From positions 71,086,269 through 71,132,585 of the forward strand of contig NC_068987.1 in assembly GCF_001194135.2 (NCBI RefSeq): a DNA stretch of 46,317 nt, read 5' to 3'. Source of the DNA: Octopus bimaculoides. Lineage: Eukaryota. The notes under the pieces were generated by a model. The model did not search any database, was not told the DNA's origin, and saw only the letters and a list, made by a program, of their open reading frames with translations. The position numbers and the translations under genes were made by a program. This document shows, one piece after another, positions 25,735-39,382 of this stretch; within the stretch, counting starts at the first letter, position 1; each line of letters opens with the position of its first letter.

Positions 25735-26210
25735 TTGTTAACCAGGCACGAATATATTTCATCCTAAAACTCATGTAGTTATAGTTGCCTATGCATCACC
25801 TGCTCTCTCTCTCTCNNNNNNNNNNNNNNNNNNNNNNNNNNNNNNNNNNNNNNNNNNNNNNNNNNNNNNNNNNNNNNNNNNNNNNNNNNNNNNNNNNNNN
25901 NNNNNNNNNNNNNNNNNNNNNNNNNNNNNNNNNNNNNNNNNNNNNNNNNNNNNNNNNNNNNNNNNNNNNNNNNNNNNNNNNNNNNNNNNNNNNNNNNNNN
26001 NNNNNNNNNNNNNNNNNNNNNNNNNNNNNNNNNNNNNNNNNNNNNNNNNNNNNNNNNNNNNNNNNNNNNNNNNNNNNNNNNNNNNNNNNNNNNNNNNNNN
26101 NNNNNNNNNNNNNNNNNNNNNNNNNNNNNNNNNNNNNNNNNNNNNNNNNNNNNNNNNNNNNNNNNNNNNNNNNNNNNNNNNNNNNNNNNNNNNNNNNNNN
26201 NNNNNNNNNN

Positions 26211-26247
<37 letters not shown>

Positions 26248-26329
26248 GGGTGGGAAAGTCCTTATAGTCCAGCCATATTCAAATAAGTTTCCTCGAATAA
26301 CGCTACACCACTGGTATTAGTTTCGCTGC

Positions 26330-28130
26330 TGAAAAATATCACCGTACCTCCTCCTACTTCTTCTTCATAGCTATTTGTCTACTGTGATGATATCCTTATT
26401 TTGATAATGATCTAGGAGCAATGGTTTTAAACCGACTGTTTATGTTTTGTACGTTAAATTCTTTCACTCAAATTGCCGGTCGTTTTGTATCTTGCAAGTC
26501 CTTCCGTTTCGGGGAATTAATTTCATTTCTGCGAAAGCCAATCAGGGTAGTTTTCTAATCTCTACCACTCCCTTGGAGAATGCAAGTGCAGGTTAATACG
26601 ATGAGGTTGAAAATGATTCTTGTATCATTCACCTACGATCAACACTCTTTCTGATGCATTGCTATCTATTTGTTGATTTACAGTAACAAGGCTACCGCTG
26701 TATATTTTGGGCGGAAATCATGAAGATTAATTCCTTTGGATTTCTGTCACCCACAGAGCTCATGGTTTATTTACCTCCTTCGCCCCTCTACTTAAATTTT
26801 TCTCCAGATGGACTCAATTTTTTTTGTGAAGGAACATCTATGACACTGATTACTTGTCTTGTTTTGTCCTTGTAAAGTGTTTCCTGGTTTCCGAAAGTAT
26901 TTTCCTTTCCATTACTCTGTTCCCTTCTTGCCGTTCATCATCGACAACTTGAAGCTCCTGTTTGACGGGGATGAGTTGGTAATCGAAAATTTATCTTTTC
27001 ACTATTTCTGAGTGTAGGCGCAATGGCCCAGTGATTAGGGCAGCGGACTCGCGGTCATAGGATCGCGATTTCGATTCCCAGACTGGGCGTTGTGAGTGTT
27101 TATTGAGCGAAAACAGCTAAAGCTCCACCAGGGTCCGGCAGGGGATGGTGGCGAACCCTGCTGTACTCTTCCACCACAACTTTCTCTCACTCTTTCTTCC
27201 TGTTTCTGTTGTACCTATATTTCAAAGGGCCAGTCTTGTCACACTGTGTCACGCTGAACATCCCCGCCCCGAGAACTATGTTAAGGATACAAGTGTCTGT
27301 GGAGTGCTCAGCCACTTGCACGAGCAGGCTGTTCCGTTGATCGGATCGACTGGAACCCTCGACGTCGTAAGCGACGGAGTGCCAACTATTTCTGAATACC
27401 ACTTCTATCTCTTTTTGTCTTATAGCTTTGTGTTGTCGACCCCAATTGTAATTTGCTTGTTTGCCAACAATAATTGGTGTCACGTGGTTTGATAGATTTT
27501 TTTAAAATCAGCAATTCTTTCTCTCTCTTTTCAAAACACATGATTGGATTTTTTCATTATTGTTTTGGTTTTGTTTACTCTCGAGTATCTTCCACGTATT
27601 TCTTTGCAGTGGTTAACAGAGTGTATAAACAAGCGTTAATCAGCGTGAATGACATTTCAATACATTGTTGCTGCAAATATTCGTTTTCAGTATCACTAAC
27701 AGCATTTAGTACCGTCTCCTATGGTCTTTTGTTTACTGTGGTAGAGAATAATTACCCTTCGAAAGAGTATTTCAAAGCTAAAATTAGTTTTTTTTTAAAT
27801 ATTTCATTAAGCGCATGTTTGATCTATATATATTCCTGAATACCTTTGCAATAATAATATTTGTGCCAACTAGTCACTATAGTAATAACTAGAAAGTGTC
27901 TTGTCTTAGTTTGTGATGTAATCTAAGAGGCAACATATCTTTAGGAATGTCATTAAATATGGCAACATCTGGTGTTCTACAAGAATCACTGTTCCAGTTT
28001 TTGATTATACTTTTTGGACTAAAATTAAACTTCTTGATTAGATAAAGTTACATCAGAACCTTCCTCCGGTGTCCAACAAATGTTGCCTGTTGACGTAGTT
28101 GTTTTTTTTTTCTTTGTAGAAGAATTCATC
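26330..28130 (-). mobile_element. Possible very old R4/Dong-like LINE 5' relic interrupted by a SINE
   Basis: Weak minus-strand motifs CWTPEE (about 28070), IESIWRKI (about 26810) and PKRKDLQD...I*VKEFN (about 26510) occur in the order expected for R4/Dong. Many stops. Confidence 0.3.
27012..27384 (+). mobile_element. tRNA-derived SINE, family B, with a perfect 11-bp TSD
   Basis: A box TGGCCCAGTGA, B box ATTTCGATTCC. ACTATTTCTGA occurs at 27001-27011 and 27385-27395. Confidence 0.92.
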
Positions 28131-29293
28131 TAGGTGTTTTTATCTATTTATATACACAACACAGAGGTTTTTGTTTTAGCCTTTTATAGCAATTAAATAA
28201 ATTATTATTTGGTTTATATTTTTAAGAACAGTTTGTTCGGTGTTGTTTTCGTGTCCACGATTCAGAGGAAAATCACTACGATCTTCAATAAAAGCGTCCT
28301 CTGTGAATGCAGGTATTTTACAGGACTGTTAATCGTGGCTTCGATATCGGGAGCAGTATTCAACGTATTTTGGATGAATAGACTCCTCCGACAAATGTGC
28401 GACTTGTCGCATGGTATGAGGAGTCTAAGTGTGAGTATGTCTCTCTATATTTATATATAAATACATATATTTGTGCGTGTGTGCGATGTCTCTATGTGTG
28501 TAAAGCACAACTATGACTCGCAAACGAATAAAACTATATGTTTTTGTTCAATTTTTATTATTCATCCCATAAGGCCGACTCTGTTTCTAAAAATAGTATT
28601 TCCTTATGAGGTATATTCGATGCATGTTGCTAGCTTTATTGACATAAATCCATTAGGTTTCATGTCATTCTCTTGAATAGGGTGACTATTGACCAAATTT
28701 GTTTCAGAACCTTTTTGAACGGATTTACAGCCAAATTTGTAAACATTGAACTATTACAAGTACTTAATAACTGGTATAGATTTTTAGAGCACACATTGTT
28801 ACTGCTACTTTGTTATGGTTAGAAGACTTAGTTGGTATCCCCTTCACATTTTGGATACGCTTCATGTCTCTAGTGAACTAAAGGTTTAAAATGTTGCTGC
28901 TCTGTGTAGGGTACACTATTTTCTTTTCCAGCAACCTGAATTTTGTGAGATGAGGTAAAAGTCCTGCTTAGGTTTATCCATGGCATTAGATGTTCAATAT
29001 TTTGTTACATTCAGGGCATATGTTCAAAAGTACATTGATGTACTGATCTTAGTAGGTCTTTTATAACTCTAATATTCGACTAAAGTTGGTTTCCTGATTT
29101 GAAGGGAAAGATAAACGATGAAATGTACATATTACCACATCAAGTTGCTCTATATGCAGAATCACTGTGCATGAAACCTTCAAGGATGCGCATGTTAACA
29201 ACTATGCTCGTTCCTTTTCTGTTTGTACGAAACAATATATCTCTGCACCAACTCTAGATAGATTCGATACATATATATGCGTGTGTATGTATG

Positions 29294-29325
<32 letters not shown>

Positions 29326-29327
29326 TG

Positions 29328-29361
<34 letters not shown>

Positions 29362-31509
29362 NNNNNNNNNNNNNNNNNNNNNNNNNNNNNNNNNNNNNNN
29401 NNNNNNNNNNNNNNNNNNNNNNNNNNNNNNNNNNNNNNNNNNNNNNNNNNNNNNNNNNNNNNNNNNNNNNNNNNNNNNNNNNNNNNNNNNNNNNNNNNNN
29501 NNNNNNNNNNNNNNNNNNNNNNNNNNNNNNNNNNNNNNNNNNNNNNNNNNNNNNNNNNNNNNNNNNNNNNNNNNNNNNNNNNNNNNNNNNNNNNNNNNNN
29601 NNNNNNNNNNNNNNNNNNNNNNNNNNNNNNNNNNNNNNNNNNNNNNNNNNNNNNNNNNNNNNNNNNNNNNNNNNNNNNNNNNNNNNNNNNNNNNNNNNNN
29701 NNNNNNNNNNNNNNNNNNNNNNNNNNNNNNNNNNNNNNNNNNNNNNNNNNNNNNNNNNNNNNNNNNNNNNNNNNNNNNNNNNNNNNNNNNNNNNNNNNNN
29801 NNNNNNNNNNNNNNNNNNNNNNNNNNNNNNNNNNNATATATGCATATGTACATGAATATATTTGTGTAGATATGTCTCTGCTATGTATAAATCTCTATAT
29901 ATGTGTTTATGATTTTTTTTTTGTACAACAATTTGCACATTAATTTTACTAAGTATTGATATTTTGGGAATTTCTTTCATTAAAATGTTGAAGCTGCAAC
30001 CAGCTGGATGTCTTTTAACGTATAGAATTCAAAATTGAGTCTGTTCGAAGTTATAAATCGTTTTTCTTTTCATGTTAGATGAATATAAGGATTCATTTTC
30101 CTGTGTATTTCTATTTATGAGACAGACGTATGTGTTGAATACATTTATATTTTGGCGCAAGAATTATTTTCAGTTTGTTGAAAATATCGTTTTTGTTGTT
30201 GTTTAGCTCCAGGTCATCGTTGTTTGAACAAACTTATGATTAAATGCTGTCTCAAAAATAGGGTGACCATTTTATATGTTCTCAAGTGTAATATCACAAG
30301 AATGATTTTATCCAAATTTTTTTTGTTTTAAAAATGTTCATTAACAAATTGAAGGCGATTTGCTATTATATCTTGGTAGACATTCCAAAAAGCATAGATG
30401 CTCTATTCTGTCACCCTTTCATCCTGTGAGCGTGTATGCTGATATTGAAAGAACATCCAAGCCAGTACAGAAGGTATTAGGACTAATTTCATTTAGTGAT
30501 TCAACAATGAATTTTGAATTTTAATTGAAGGCTTTACCATTTCCGTACTGAATATTACAGCAGAAGCTACTGGTGTGAAGGATTATAAATAATATCTAGT
30601 TTGTATAAAATATTTGCAGAAATACGTAATAAAGATAGATATTTTAAATTGAGGTTGTGGGTCAACACCTTGTGGTTCCAAACTTAACGACATTTGTTTT
30701 TATCGTATATTAAAATAAAAGTAATTATAGTCATGGTAAACCTCATTTTTGACATTTTGTCCCTAATTTTAACCCTGGTATCTTAATTTTATATACTTCG
30801 TATATAAATCTGTAACGTTCCATCCGCCGACTTGACGTTCCATGACCTTCATAAGATTTTGTTCTCGTTTTTATATTAACATTATAATCCTATCATCGTA
30901 AACCTCCTTAACTACGGCTGAGTGGATTACAATTCATGACACAATGACAGTAAATTTAATCCTCTCTAAATCTATTGATTATTTTGCGACGGTGTCTGAC
31001 ATAGCTAAGACATTCCTCAAACAAACCCTTTCATTGTTCATCAGATGTATTTATAGAAGGGATGTAATATTAAAATACTACCCGGTATGTCCGAATACGT
31101 AAGTAGACCAAAAATACGTAACTGCAGAAATGAAACATAATAAGCACATTTTGTTCCAGACTAGAGCTTTTCAATTCATGATTTTCTCTTATTTTAAATG
31201 TGTGTTGTGTTGTCTGCTATAACTAAACGTAAATTATATTAGAACTCTTGCTGAGAGTCACTGTGAATATCCATTTAAACGCAGCTTCCTGCGGTGTTGC
31301 TTGATGGGATTGCTCACTTTTAAAAGGTTCTCTTTAATAAACAGTATTTTAAAACATTGTAAACAATAGCAGCAAATAAATTGTTTATGCGAAAATAATT
31401 AAAATTTTGGGGAAATTTAATATGGTATTCTTAATCGGAAGAATATTGTAAATTATTTTCATTCTCATCGTAATCAATATCATCGTCACCATGAACATTA
31501 CTATCATCA

Positions 31510-31655
<146 letters not shown>

Positions 31656-31899
31656 TAATCATCACTGATATTATAACTTTCAGCAAAAATATTCGTTTGC
31701 ATTAATTTCAATTTTATTGCATGTCTTCACTATTCTACAGACCGTAGCACCATGCACTTTTGATGAACGTGCTATATATTTTTGTTATTTCTCTTTTATG
31801 TATTTAAAGTAATTTACGTAATATATATATACGGTGCCAAATAGACTTTAACGTCCTGGGGTCTTTCTTATATATTTATCTACATATATTTCTCCAAAG

Positions 31900-33700
31900 T
31901 AATCGTTATCATAAGAAATATTCCTGTCTACATTTCCAATATTTCTTTACTTGGATAATTTCTCATGTCATAAATTATCATTGTACTAAATTGTTCTTCT
32001 CAATGTTCGTACTCTTTCATCGTTACTTAATATATTCTACATCATTGTATGTTTTAGGTGGATTATAGAAGGTAGACTACGATTTTGTACCGGAATGAAG
32101 TTATTTATTCCCTTCATTTCATGAAGCCACTCAGGCAGGGATGTGATTCTGCCTTAAAATCTCCCTGTTCGGTATCTCGGTTATTTTCTCGCAGAGGTTT
32201 TCATGCAAGCATTTTATCCCAATATACAGCAGCTATATTTTCAACGTATCCCCTGGCTTGATCACAAATTCTTTTGTTTCTCCTTTCTCTTAACAGTTTT
32301 CTGTCGCTTCAGTATCTGATTTTTATATTTTGACTTCCTTGAACATCGAAACAAGTTTCTGTTTCGTCCATGTTTTGTAGCTATCTGTATCAGTTTTCTA
32401 TTTTTAATTATATTATATTTGTAGTAGTTCTCTATAGGATATTGTGTAATAGACTTCTGCTTATGTATGAATGCCTATTTCCTTGTATTTGGAATAATCA
32501 TTCAACGCCTGCTTTGGGTCATGTATTCTAAATAAATTGTTCTTTGCATCTTTTTCTATGTAATGTCACAAACCATTTCGAATAAAATACCCCATTGCGT
32601 ATCACTAGGACAGGTATACTACTAATATCTATTGTTGCATATTTTAGTTTGTTTTTTTTCGCGTTCAAATCAGTCATAATTTTCGATTCAGTGTATCTGT
32701 AATATTCATCTCTAACCGTTTTATATGATTGCGTCATACTTTGTTTGCACTGACTCACTTAATTTTGATATTCCGTTTCCGTTATTAAGGATTGTAACAA
32801 TAATCTTAATGAATTTTCTTCTCTTTAAAATGCTCTTGAAGTATTTTAGCAAATCAATCCATGTACATTCTAAAACTACCAGAAGCAGCGTTTCCAACTG
32901 TTTATCAGACAAAATATGCGGATGACATGTGTAACCTAGTTCCGTTTGATTTATCATATAGAAAAATGTGTTAGCATCAAACGAAAAGACGGAAATGCTA
33001 AGAAACTGGCATCGTTTGGGATATTCCTCTTTTAATGGAGGGTGATATTTTTGCTGCATCGGCAGAAGTCTTTATCATTTACTTTTAAAGTGTTTAATGT
33101 AATTCATGAACACAATTAATTAATCTGGTGAAACTAGTATAAAACTTTCTGTTAATCAATCCATAGCATCACCAGACCGTTCGATCCCTTTCTGCAGTCT
33201 TCACCTATAAATTTAATTATCAGGAAATACGTTTCATATTTATACACGTTTTTGTAGCAAACTGTCTGCTTTTTAAAAAACTGACATTGTTTTTCTGTAC
33301 ATTAACTTGACATCTGTAACACATTTGTATATAAGAATTAACGGAAAGTATATTACAAATTCTACAGTTTTATGTTTTGTCATGTTAGGAGTAATGAGGA
33401 TTAAGGTGACATTTTTTTCCAAAGAGAAAACGAGTGGATTCTTTTCAATTGCTTCAATATCTTCGCTAGTACCTTATGCGTCAGTATTGAATATGTGAAT
33501 TGTAAGTTCCTGTCTTATTCATTCCCACTACTTAATATTTTCCGTCTTGTACCATATTTGGATAACTTATGTAGATATGGCCAACCATCATGGTGCAAGC
33601 CATATGTTAGTTGTTTCAAGCAATAGTCTCTGCGTAATCATTTTACTGTCCTTTACACGACAAAATATTTACTTCTCTAGTTGTTGGCGCTGAATTGATT
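31900..33700 (-). mobile_element. Highly decayed RTE-like LINE (RT region)
   Basis: ORF 32721-33059 contains WIDLLKYFKSILKRRK...ILNNGNGISKLSESVQTKYD, resembling RTE FIDFxKAFDSIxRxK...ILxxxGIPxKLxxxIxxxY. A VENIAAV...KT relic lies downstream. Boundaries are approximate. Confidence 0.5.
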
Positions 33701-36109
33701 TTGTTTTAATTTCAACAAGGATTTTGCCAAATCAATTTCAGAGGAGTACAAATTTTTATTTAAAAATCGTTGTCCTGTTTAATACCATCATATTGTTGAC
33801 AATTTATCAAGCATCTATTTTATTCAGGCATTAGATTTTGATTTGAGTGTTTTTGTGCCAAGATATATTTTGTAGTATTCGTCCTATTCTTTCATTTGTG
33901 CCATTTTGCCAACGATTTCATTAAGGAGTGAAGGATTTTTCTCTACCTTTACTGCCATTTTCGTACATTTCTTTTCGACACTTTATAATAGTCCTATGTA
34001 GTTGATGTCACTAATAATTCACCCCACTTCTTAAATATTTTGACTGCTCTATGAATTCTTTTATTTAACCAGGTGATATTGATGTTCATGTCTGTTTTTA
34101 ATATAACTACAATAGACAAGCTTATTTGTATTATTGCTGGTATTTTATACTCTGATACATCCCTGGAAATAGGTTCGTTCATCCACATAAGATCTATTGA
34201 TTTTTAATTAATTATGTCCAACGAAAAATTTTTATTTTCTATATTTCCTACTTTACTATTTTCTATTCTTAAATCTCTCATATTTTTATACAATATTGTT
34301 CTGATTCGGATTTTTTTCCCAATGTTCTGTAGATTTTTCTAGAATTTGGTTTTGTTATATATTTGACAGGCGTCACGTATATCGTCGTGGATTACGCTCT
34401 TATTGATATTTTGTATACTTTTGTTATTTGGTGTGTCAGGTTTCCTTATTTATTGTCATTTTAGTTTTTATATTCCACTTCTGATGGTCGATAGCACCGA
34501 GTATATATCTTCTTAGTATAGCTAATACTTTGGTCTAATGTCATCTTATTTTCACTCAAAGTTTACTGAAGAATAGTCGGGTTTTTTTAATTGGTGCCGA
34601 GTATAACTGCATAAACATGCATTTAAAAGAAGAATAGAAATGTATTTTTCTCATGTTGGTTACTATTCTCTTTTTTGCGGGCGGGATGTGAATCTCATGT
34701 TTTATTTAAATTCATATTCTTTTCCAAACCAAAGATGATTACTTTTGCATGATATATATTGTATTTGTATGCATCAAATTCTATGTAAGCTTTCTTATTT
34801 TAATGGTTGAATTTCTAAATATATGTGTGGGTGTGAAGTGTGTGCATATATATNNNNNNNNNNNNNNNNNNNNNNNNNNNNNNNNNNNNNNNNNNNNNNN
34901 NNNNNNNNNNNNNNNNNNNNNNNNNNNNNNNNNNNNNNNNNNNNNNNNNNNNNNNNNNNNNNNNNNNNNNNNNNNNNNNNNNNNNNNNNNNNNNNNNNNN
35001 NNNNNNNNNNNNNNNNNNNNNNNNNNNNNNNNNNNNNNNNNNNNNNNNNNNNNNNNNNNNNNNNNNNNNNNNNNNNNNNNNNNNNNNNNNNNNNNNNNNN
35101 NNNNNNNNNNNNNNNNNNNNNNNNNNNNNNNNNNNNNNNNNNNNNNNNNNNNNNNNNNNNNNNNNNNNNNNNNNNNNNNNNNNNNNNNNNNNNNNNNNNN
35201 NNNNNNNNNNNNNNNNNNNNNNNNNNNNNNNNNNNNNNNNNNNNNNNNNNNNNNNNNNNNNNNNNNNNNNNNNTATATATATATATATATATATGTACAT
35301 TTATGCATGTAAAAATATTTGTATGCCTCTATGTATATATGTAATTATTTATGTATGAATGAATGCATGTATGGTGTATTAAAGTATGTATGTATGTGCG
35401 TATATATGTATTTATGCATGCATGTATGTATATATGAATGAGTATGTGTTTTACAGATACGTATATTTATAGGTGTGTCCCATCATGTGTTGACGTATTC
35501 GTGTTCTAAAATGAACAATATACAATTGGCAACGGAACACTTTGCATTTCCTATTCTGACGTCCTCAAAACACAAAGAATTCTACTATTCCAGTTATTGC
35601 TTCAAAAGAAATATATGATAGTTGCTATATATTATTTTTATATTTTGTTATCGACTTCATTAAAATGGTAAAAGTCAATATATGAATATTCTCCCTCCAA
35701 CCACTCTTAACGCCGCAAAGTGTTTCAAGCTGTGTGATTTGGTACTCTTCCACTGTCTATAGTTCTAATTAGCACTTCCTGTAAACATGCGTGAGTTATC
35801 CAACCTTATTTATCACCAACACATATAACGCTCAACAAACAAATCGTCATATAAAGACATACGTTCACACACATATACAGACGCATAACACCATACATAA
35901 ATGTATGTGCATAAACACATACAGTTACACAAGACATTCCACTCGCACACAGACACACACGTATATACATGCATATGTGCAGACAGCCGCATTCACCCTA
36001 CAAAAGGAATTCTTTGATCTGCTTATTAAAACCATGCTATCGATACCTAATGAGACAGATTCCTGACATTTGATCAAATCATGTGTAACAAATATCTTTA
36101 GATATAAAA

Positions 36110-36111
36110 TG

Positions 36112-36181
<70 letters not shown>

Positions 36182-36226
36182 CGATAATAATAATAATAAT
36201 AATCATAATAATAACAGGAAGAAGAA

Positions 36227-36269
<43 letters not shown>

Positions 36270-36338
36270 GTGACATTAATAATAATGATAAAATGATATT
36301 AAATTATCAAAATAGTAATAATAATAATAATAATAATA

Positions 36339-36369
<31 letters not shown>

Positions 36370-36433
36370 TGTCAGCGCTATTTGTAAAGACGTTAATATT
36401 AGTAGTACTAAATGTATAACATCCTCACAGCGC

Positions 36434-36504
<71 letters not shown>
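36110..36504. repeat. Compound (AAT)n / (AGT)n microsatellites
   Basis: Directly visible. Confidence 0.95.
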
Positions 36505-36506
<2 letters not shown>

Positions 36507-36764
36507 TCACAAATCATAGGAATTATATTATTATTTATAGTTGTTATTGATGTTACTTTAGTTGGTGTTTTTTTTTTTATTATTGATATTACTATAATCC
36601 GGTTTTGGATTTATGCCTATTTTTGGCACAATTATTAATAATATTAGTCGAGAAATCGAAAAAGCATTCATCTTTGCCATCAGTGTGCTCTAATTCTAAA
36701 TCAAATTATATCTAGAGATACAAGATTGATGGTTTTATGTTGTTTGTCTTCATCTTCTTTCTAG

Positions 36765-36927
36765 TGTTATACAGAAGAACTGCGAGGGTGTTGGAACTCT
36801 ATAAAACATTTGAGAAGATTGTTATTCATCCCGCTGCTTTAGATTGCTCCCTCGTATTCGCAGCGTATACCTGTCCTATTTTTGCACCAACTATGTTGGA
36901 CAGAAGCGGACAGACCTGGATAAAGAA
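36765..36927 (+). other. Candidate 163-bp coding exon (product unknown)
   Basis: Acceptor tgtcttcatcttctttcTAG, donor AA|GTAAGA. Only one frame is open: LYRRTARVLELYKTFEKIVIHPAALDCSLVFAAYTCPIFAPTMLDRSGQTWIK. Confidence 0.45.
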
Positions 36928-37171
36928 GTAAGATTTGTCTAACATATTTAATGGTATTGTTTCATTAATAGTCTTATATATAGTCTCCATTATATAATAT
37001 ATATTAACGGAATAGTTAAATGAGTACATTTTTCGTATGTGTATTTCGTGTGCAAGATTCTTGATGTGGGTACGTGTGTTGAAAGAAATACAATTAAACC
37101 TTGGGAGAGGCATTATGCCGGTAATAAACACACGCACTGGTTCAGTCCTTTATTAATTTATATAGTTTTTT

Positions 37172-37212
37172 GTTAAATTATTTCATTGCCCTCTTGCAAT
37201 CTCTTCAGTAAC
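37172..37212 (-). ncRNA. Minimal type I hammerhead-ribozyme-like motif (inverted pLTR copy)
   Basis: GUUA-CUGAAGA-G-AUUGC-AAGAGG-GCAAU-GAAA-UAAUU-UAAC. Confidence 0.55.
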
Positions 37213-38037
37213 TTGTCTCTCCACTTATTAGATCAATAATATGTAAAACATATCCTTTCAGAAGAACAAGGTGTGTTGATGAGAGTTGCATTGTGTGCAA
37301 ATATAGTCCTGGTGCCAACTGCAAAGCCAGAAATGTGGTCTACAAAATAATCTGTATGGATGGTGAGTGTAAAAACAGAAACACGACATACATAGGTGAA
37401 ACAGCAAGAAGTTTGGCTGAGCGTGTAAACGTACNNNNNNNNNNNNNNNNNNNNNNNNNNNNNNNNNNNNNNNNNNNNNNNNNNNNNNNNNNNNNNNNNN
37501 NNNNNNNNNNNNNNNNNNNNNNNNNNNNNNNNNNNNNNNNNNNNNNNNNNNNNNNNNNNNNNNNNNNNNNNNNNNNNNNNNNNNNNNNNNNNNNNNNNNN
37601 NNNNNNNNNNNNNNNNNNNNNNNNNNNNNNNNNNNNNNNNNNNNNNNNNNNNNNNNNNNNNNNNNNNNNNNNNNNNNNNNNNNNNNNNNNNNNNNNNNNN
37701 NNNNNNNNNNNNNNNNNNNNNNNNNNNNNNNNNNNNNNNNNNNNNNNNNNNNNNNNNNNNNNNNNNNNNNNNNNNNNNNNNNNNNNNNNNNNNNNNNNNN
37801 NNNNNNNNNNNNATATAAAAAAAAAGTCTCTATCTGATCTGATAAAAACGAAATTGTTACAAACACACATATGGACGCACATACTTACATATGAGCACGA
37901 ACACATACGTGCGTGCACTTATGAGCGTGCACATATACGAGCTTGCACACACTCACATGCTCATACCGAACAGTTTCAAAACAACGCCAAAACAACGCCA
38001 GATCATACATTCAAAATAAATGGAAGTGGAGAGACAA

Positions 38038-38078
38038 GTTACTGAAGAGATTGCAGGGGTGCAATGAAATAATTTAAC
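38038..38078 (+). ncRNA. Minimal type I hammerhead-ribozyme-like motif
   Basis: Stem I GUUA/UAAC; core CUGAAGA (38042-38048); stem II AUUGCA-GGGG-UGCAAU; GAAA (38066-38069); putative cleavage after AUU at 38074. Confidence 0.6.
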
Positions 38079-38321
38079 AAAAAACTATATAAATTAATAA
38101 AGGACTGAACCAGTGCGTGTGTTTATTACCGACATAATGCCTCTCCCAAAGTTTAATTGTAAATGAGTACAGCTATATTTTTCTCTACTTTAGATGAACA
38201 GAACGTCTCCAGAGTCGTTGTAGAATATATTTCCTGTGCCCTTAAACGATAATAATTGTAATAATTATTATATTCAAAACAATGCTTATTTTATTTAAAC
38301 GAATATTAATACTAATAATAC

Positions 38322-39382
38322 TGTTACGAACGCCCGCACGCGAACCACCTCCTTAACCGAAGAGAGAACTCGCGCGCACGTGAACGTCGAACGCTCGGTG
38401 AGTCGGTGCGCTCACCACGGGCCACCAATAAGCCCCGGCCGGAGCACGCAGCGAAGAACAACACAGGCAAAAGGAGGGGAGGAAGAAACAACACGGAGAC
38501 CATACGTTGGGTAGCGGAAACTAACCCTTTATTTTTACATGATCAAAACATCATCAATACATTATAAAACAATACATCAGAGTAAGACATTACATAACAA
38601 TTCAATAGCATATAATGGCGCATGCAACATAATCAAGGGTTTGCAATCATTACATGAACAAGAGTTCGTACATTGAGTCCTTTAAAAGTTCTTTCTTTTC
38701 TTCGTTTTCTTTTAAGTTAACATCACAGTTAACAGTTTTTTTTTCTTTATACATCATAACGACAAATACATTTTCTTGGAAGAATATTTAGACAAACCTT
38801 TGCTGTAATAACTTCCTTTCTTTCACAAACACTATAATCCAAGAGGTAAACAACTGACTACTGCTATCTCTTTNNNNNNNNNNNNNNNNNNNNNNNNNNN
38901 NNNNNNNNNNNNNNNNNNNNNNNNNNNNNNNNNNNNNNNNNNNNNNNNNNNNNNNNNNNNNNNNNNNNNNNNNNNNNNNNNNNNNNNNNNNNNNNNNNNN
39001 NNNNNNNNNNNNNNNNNNNNNNNNNNNNNNNNNNNNNNNNNNNNNNTCTGAGACTCTATGCATTTCTGCTGACTATAGCTTTCTCTCTGTCAGACTTATC
39101 ATTCTTCATCTTCACTTCATTCAACTCGACTGGCAAAACTGCTGTCCCCAACTGCTCCGGCTGACTGCTACAACTCGACTGACCCTAAATCCTCGGCCGA
39201 CCGCTTCGCGCCAATTCCTGTTCTCGTATTTCTCACAAATACCGTAGCCCAATAGTGTTACCTTACCCCCTCCCAAAGCTGGGTCAGTTCAGTACGATTC
39301 CTATCCTGCCTTTTTTTAACTTTCGCTGACCGGAAAGGGGCAGCGATCACTCCTACGCTAAAAATAGCTGTGGTTGCTGACA
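38322..39382 (-). mobile_element. Solo LTR (Gypsy-like), contains an assembly gap
   Basis: TG...CA termini with imperfect terminal inverted repeats (TGTTACGAAC vs TGTCAGCAAC). 4-bp flanks ATAC/AGAC have 1 mismatch. AATAAA on minus near 38530. CpG-rich segment 38330-38470. Confidence 0.65.

Larger units (their letters stand above)
37029..38159 (+). mobile_element. 5'-truncated and inverted Penelope-like element (GIY-YIG endonuclease fragment between inverted pLTRs)
   Basis: From about 37221 the frame reads PLIRSIICKTYPFRRTRCVDESCIVCKYSPGANCKARNVVYKIICMDGECKNRNTTYIGETARSLAERVN (Cys-rich linker plus VVY...YIGET motif). About 136-bp inverted repeats at 37091-37226 and 38024-38159 have about 5 mismatches. 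TSD TAAATGAGTACA at 37017-37028 and 38160-38171. Confidence 0.9.

Noticed and set aside
28678-30270. Two TAGGGTGAC motifs resembling hAT transposon ends
   Set aside because: Both are in the same orientation, with no complementary end or 8-bp TSD found.
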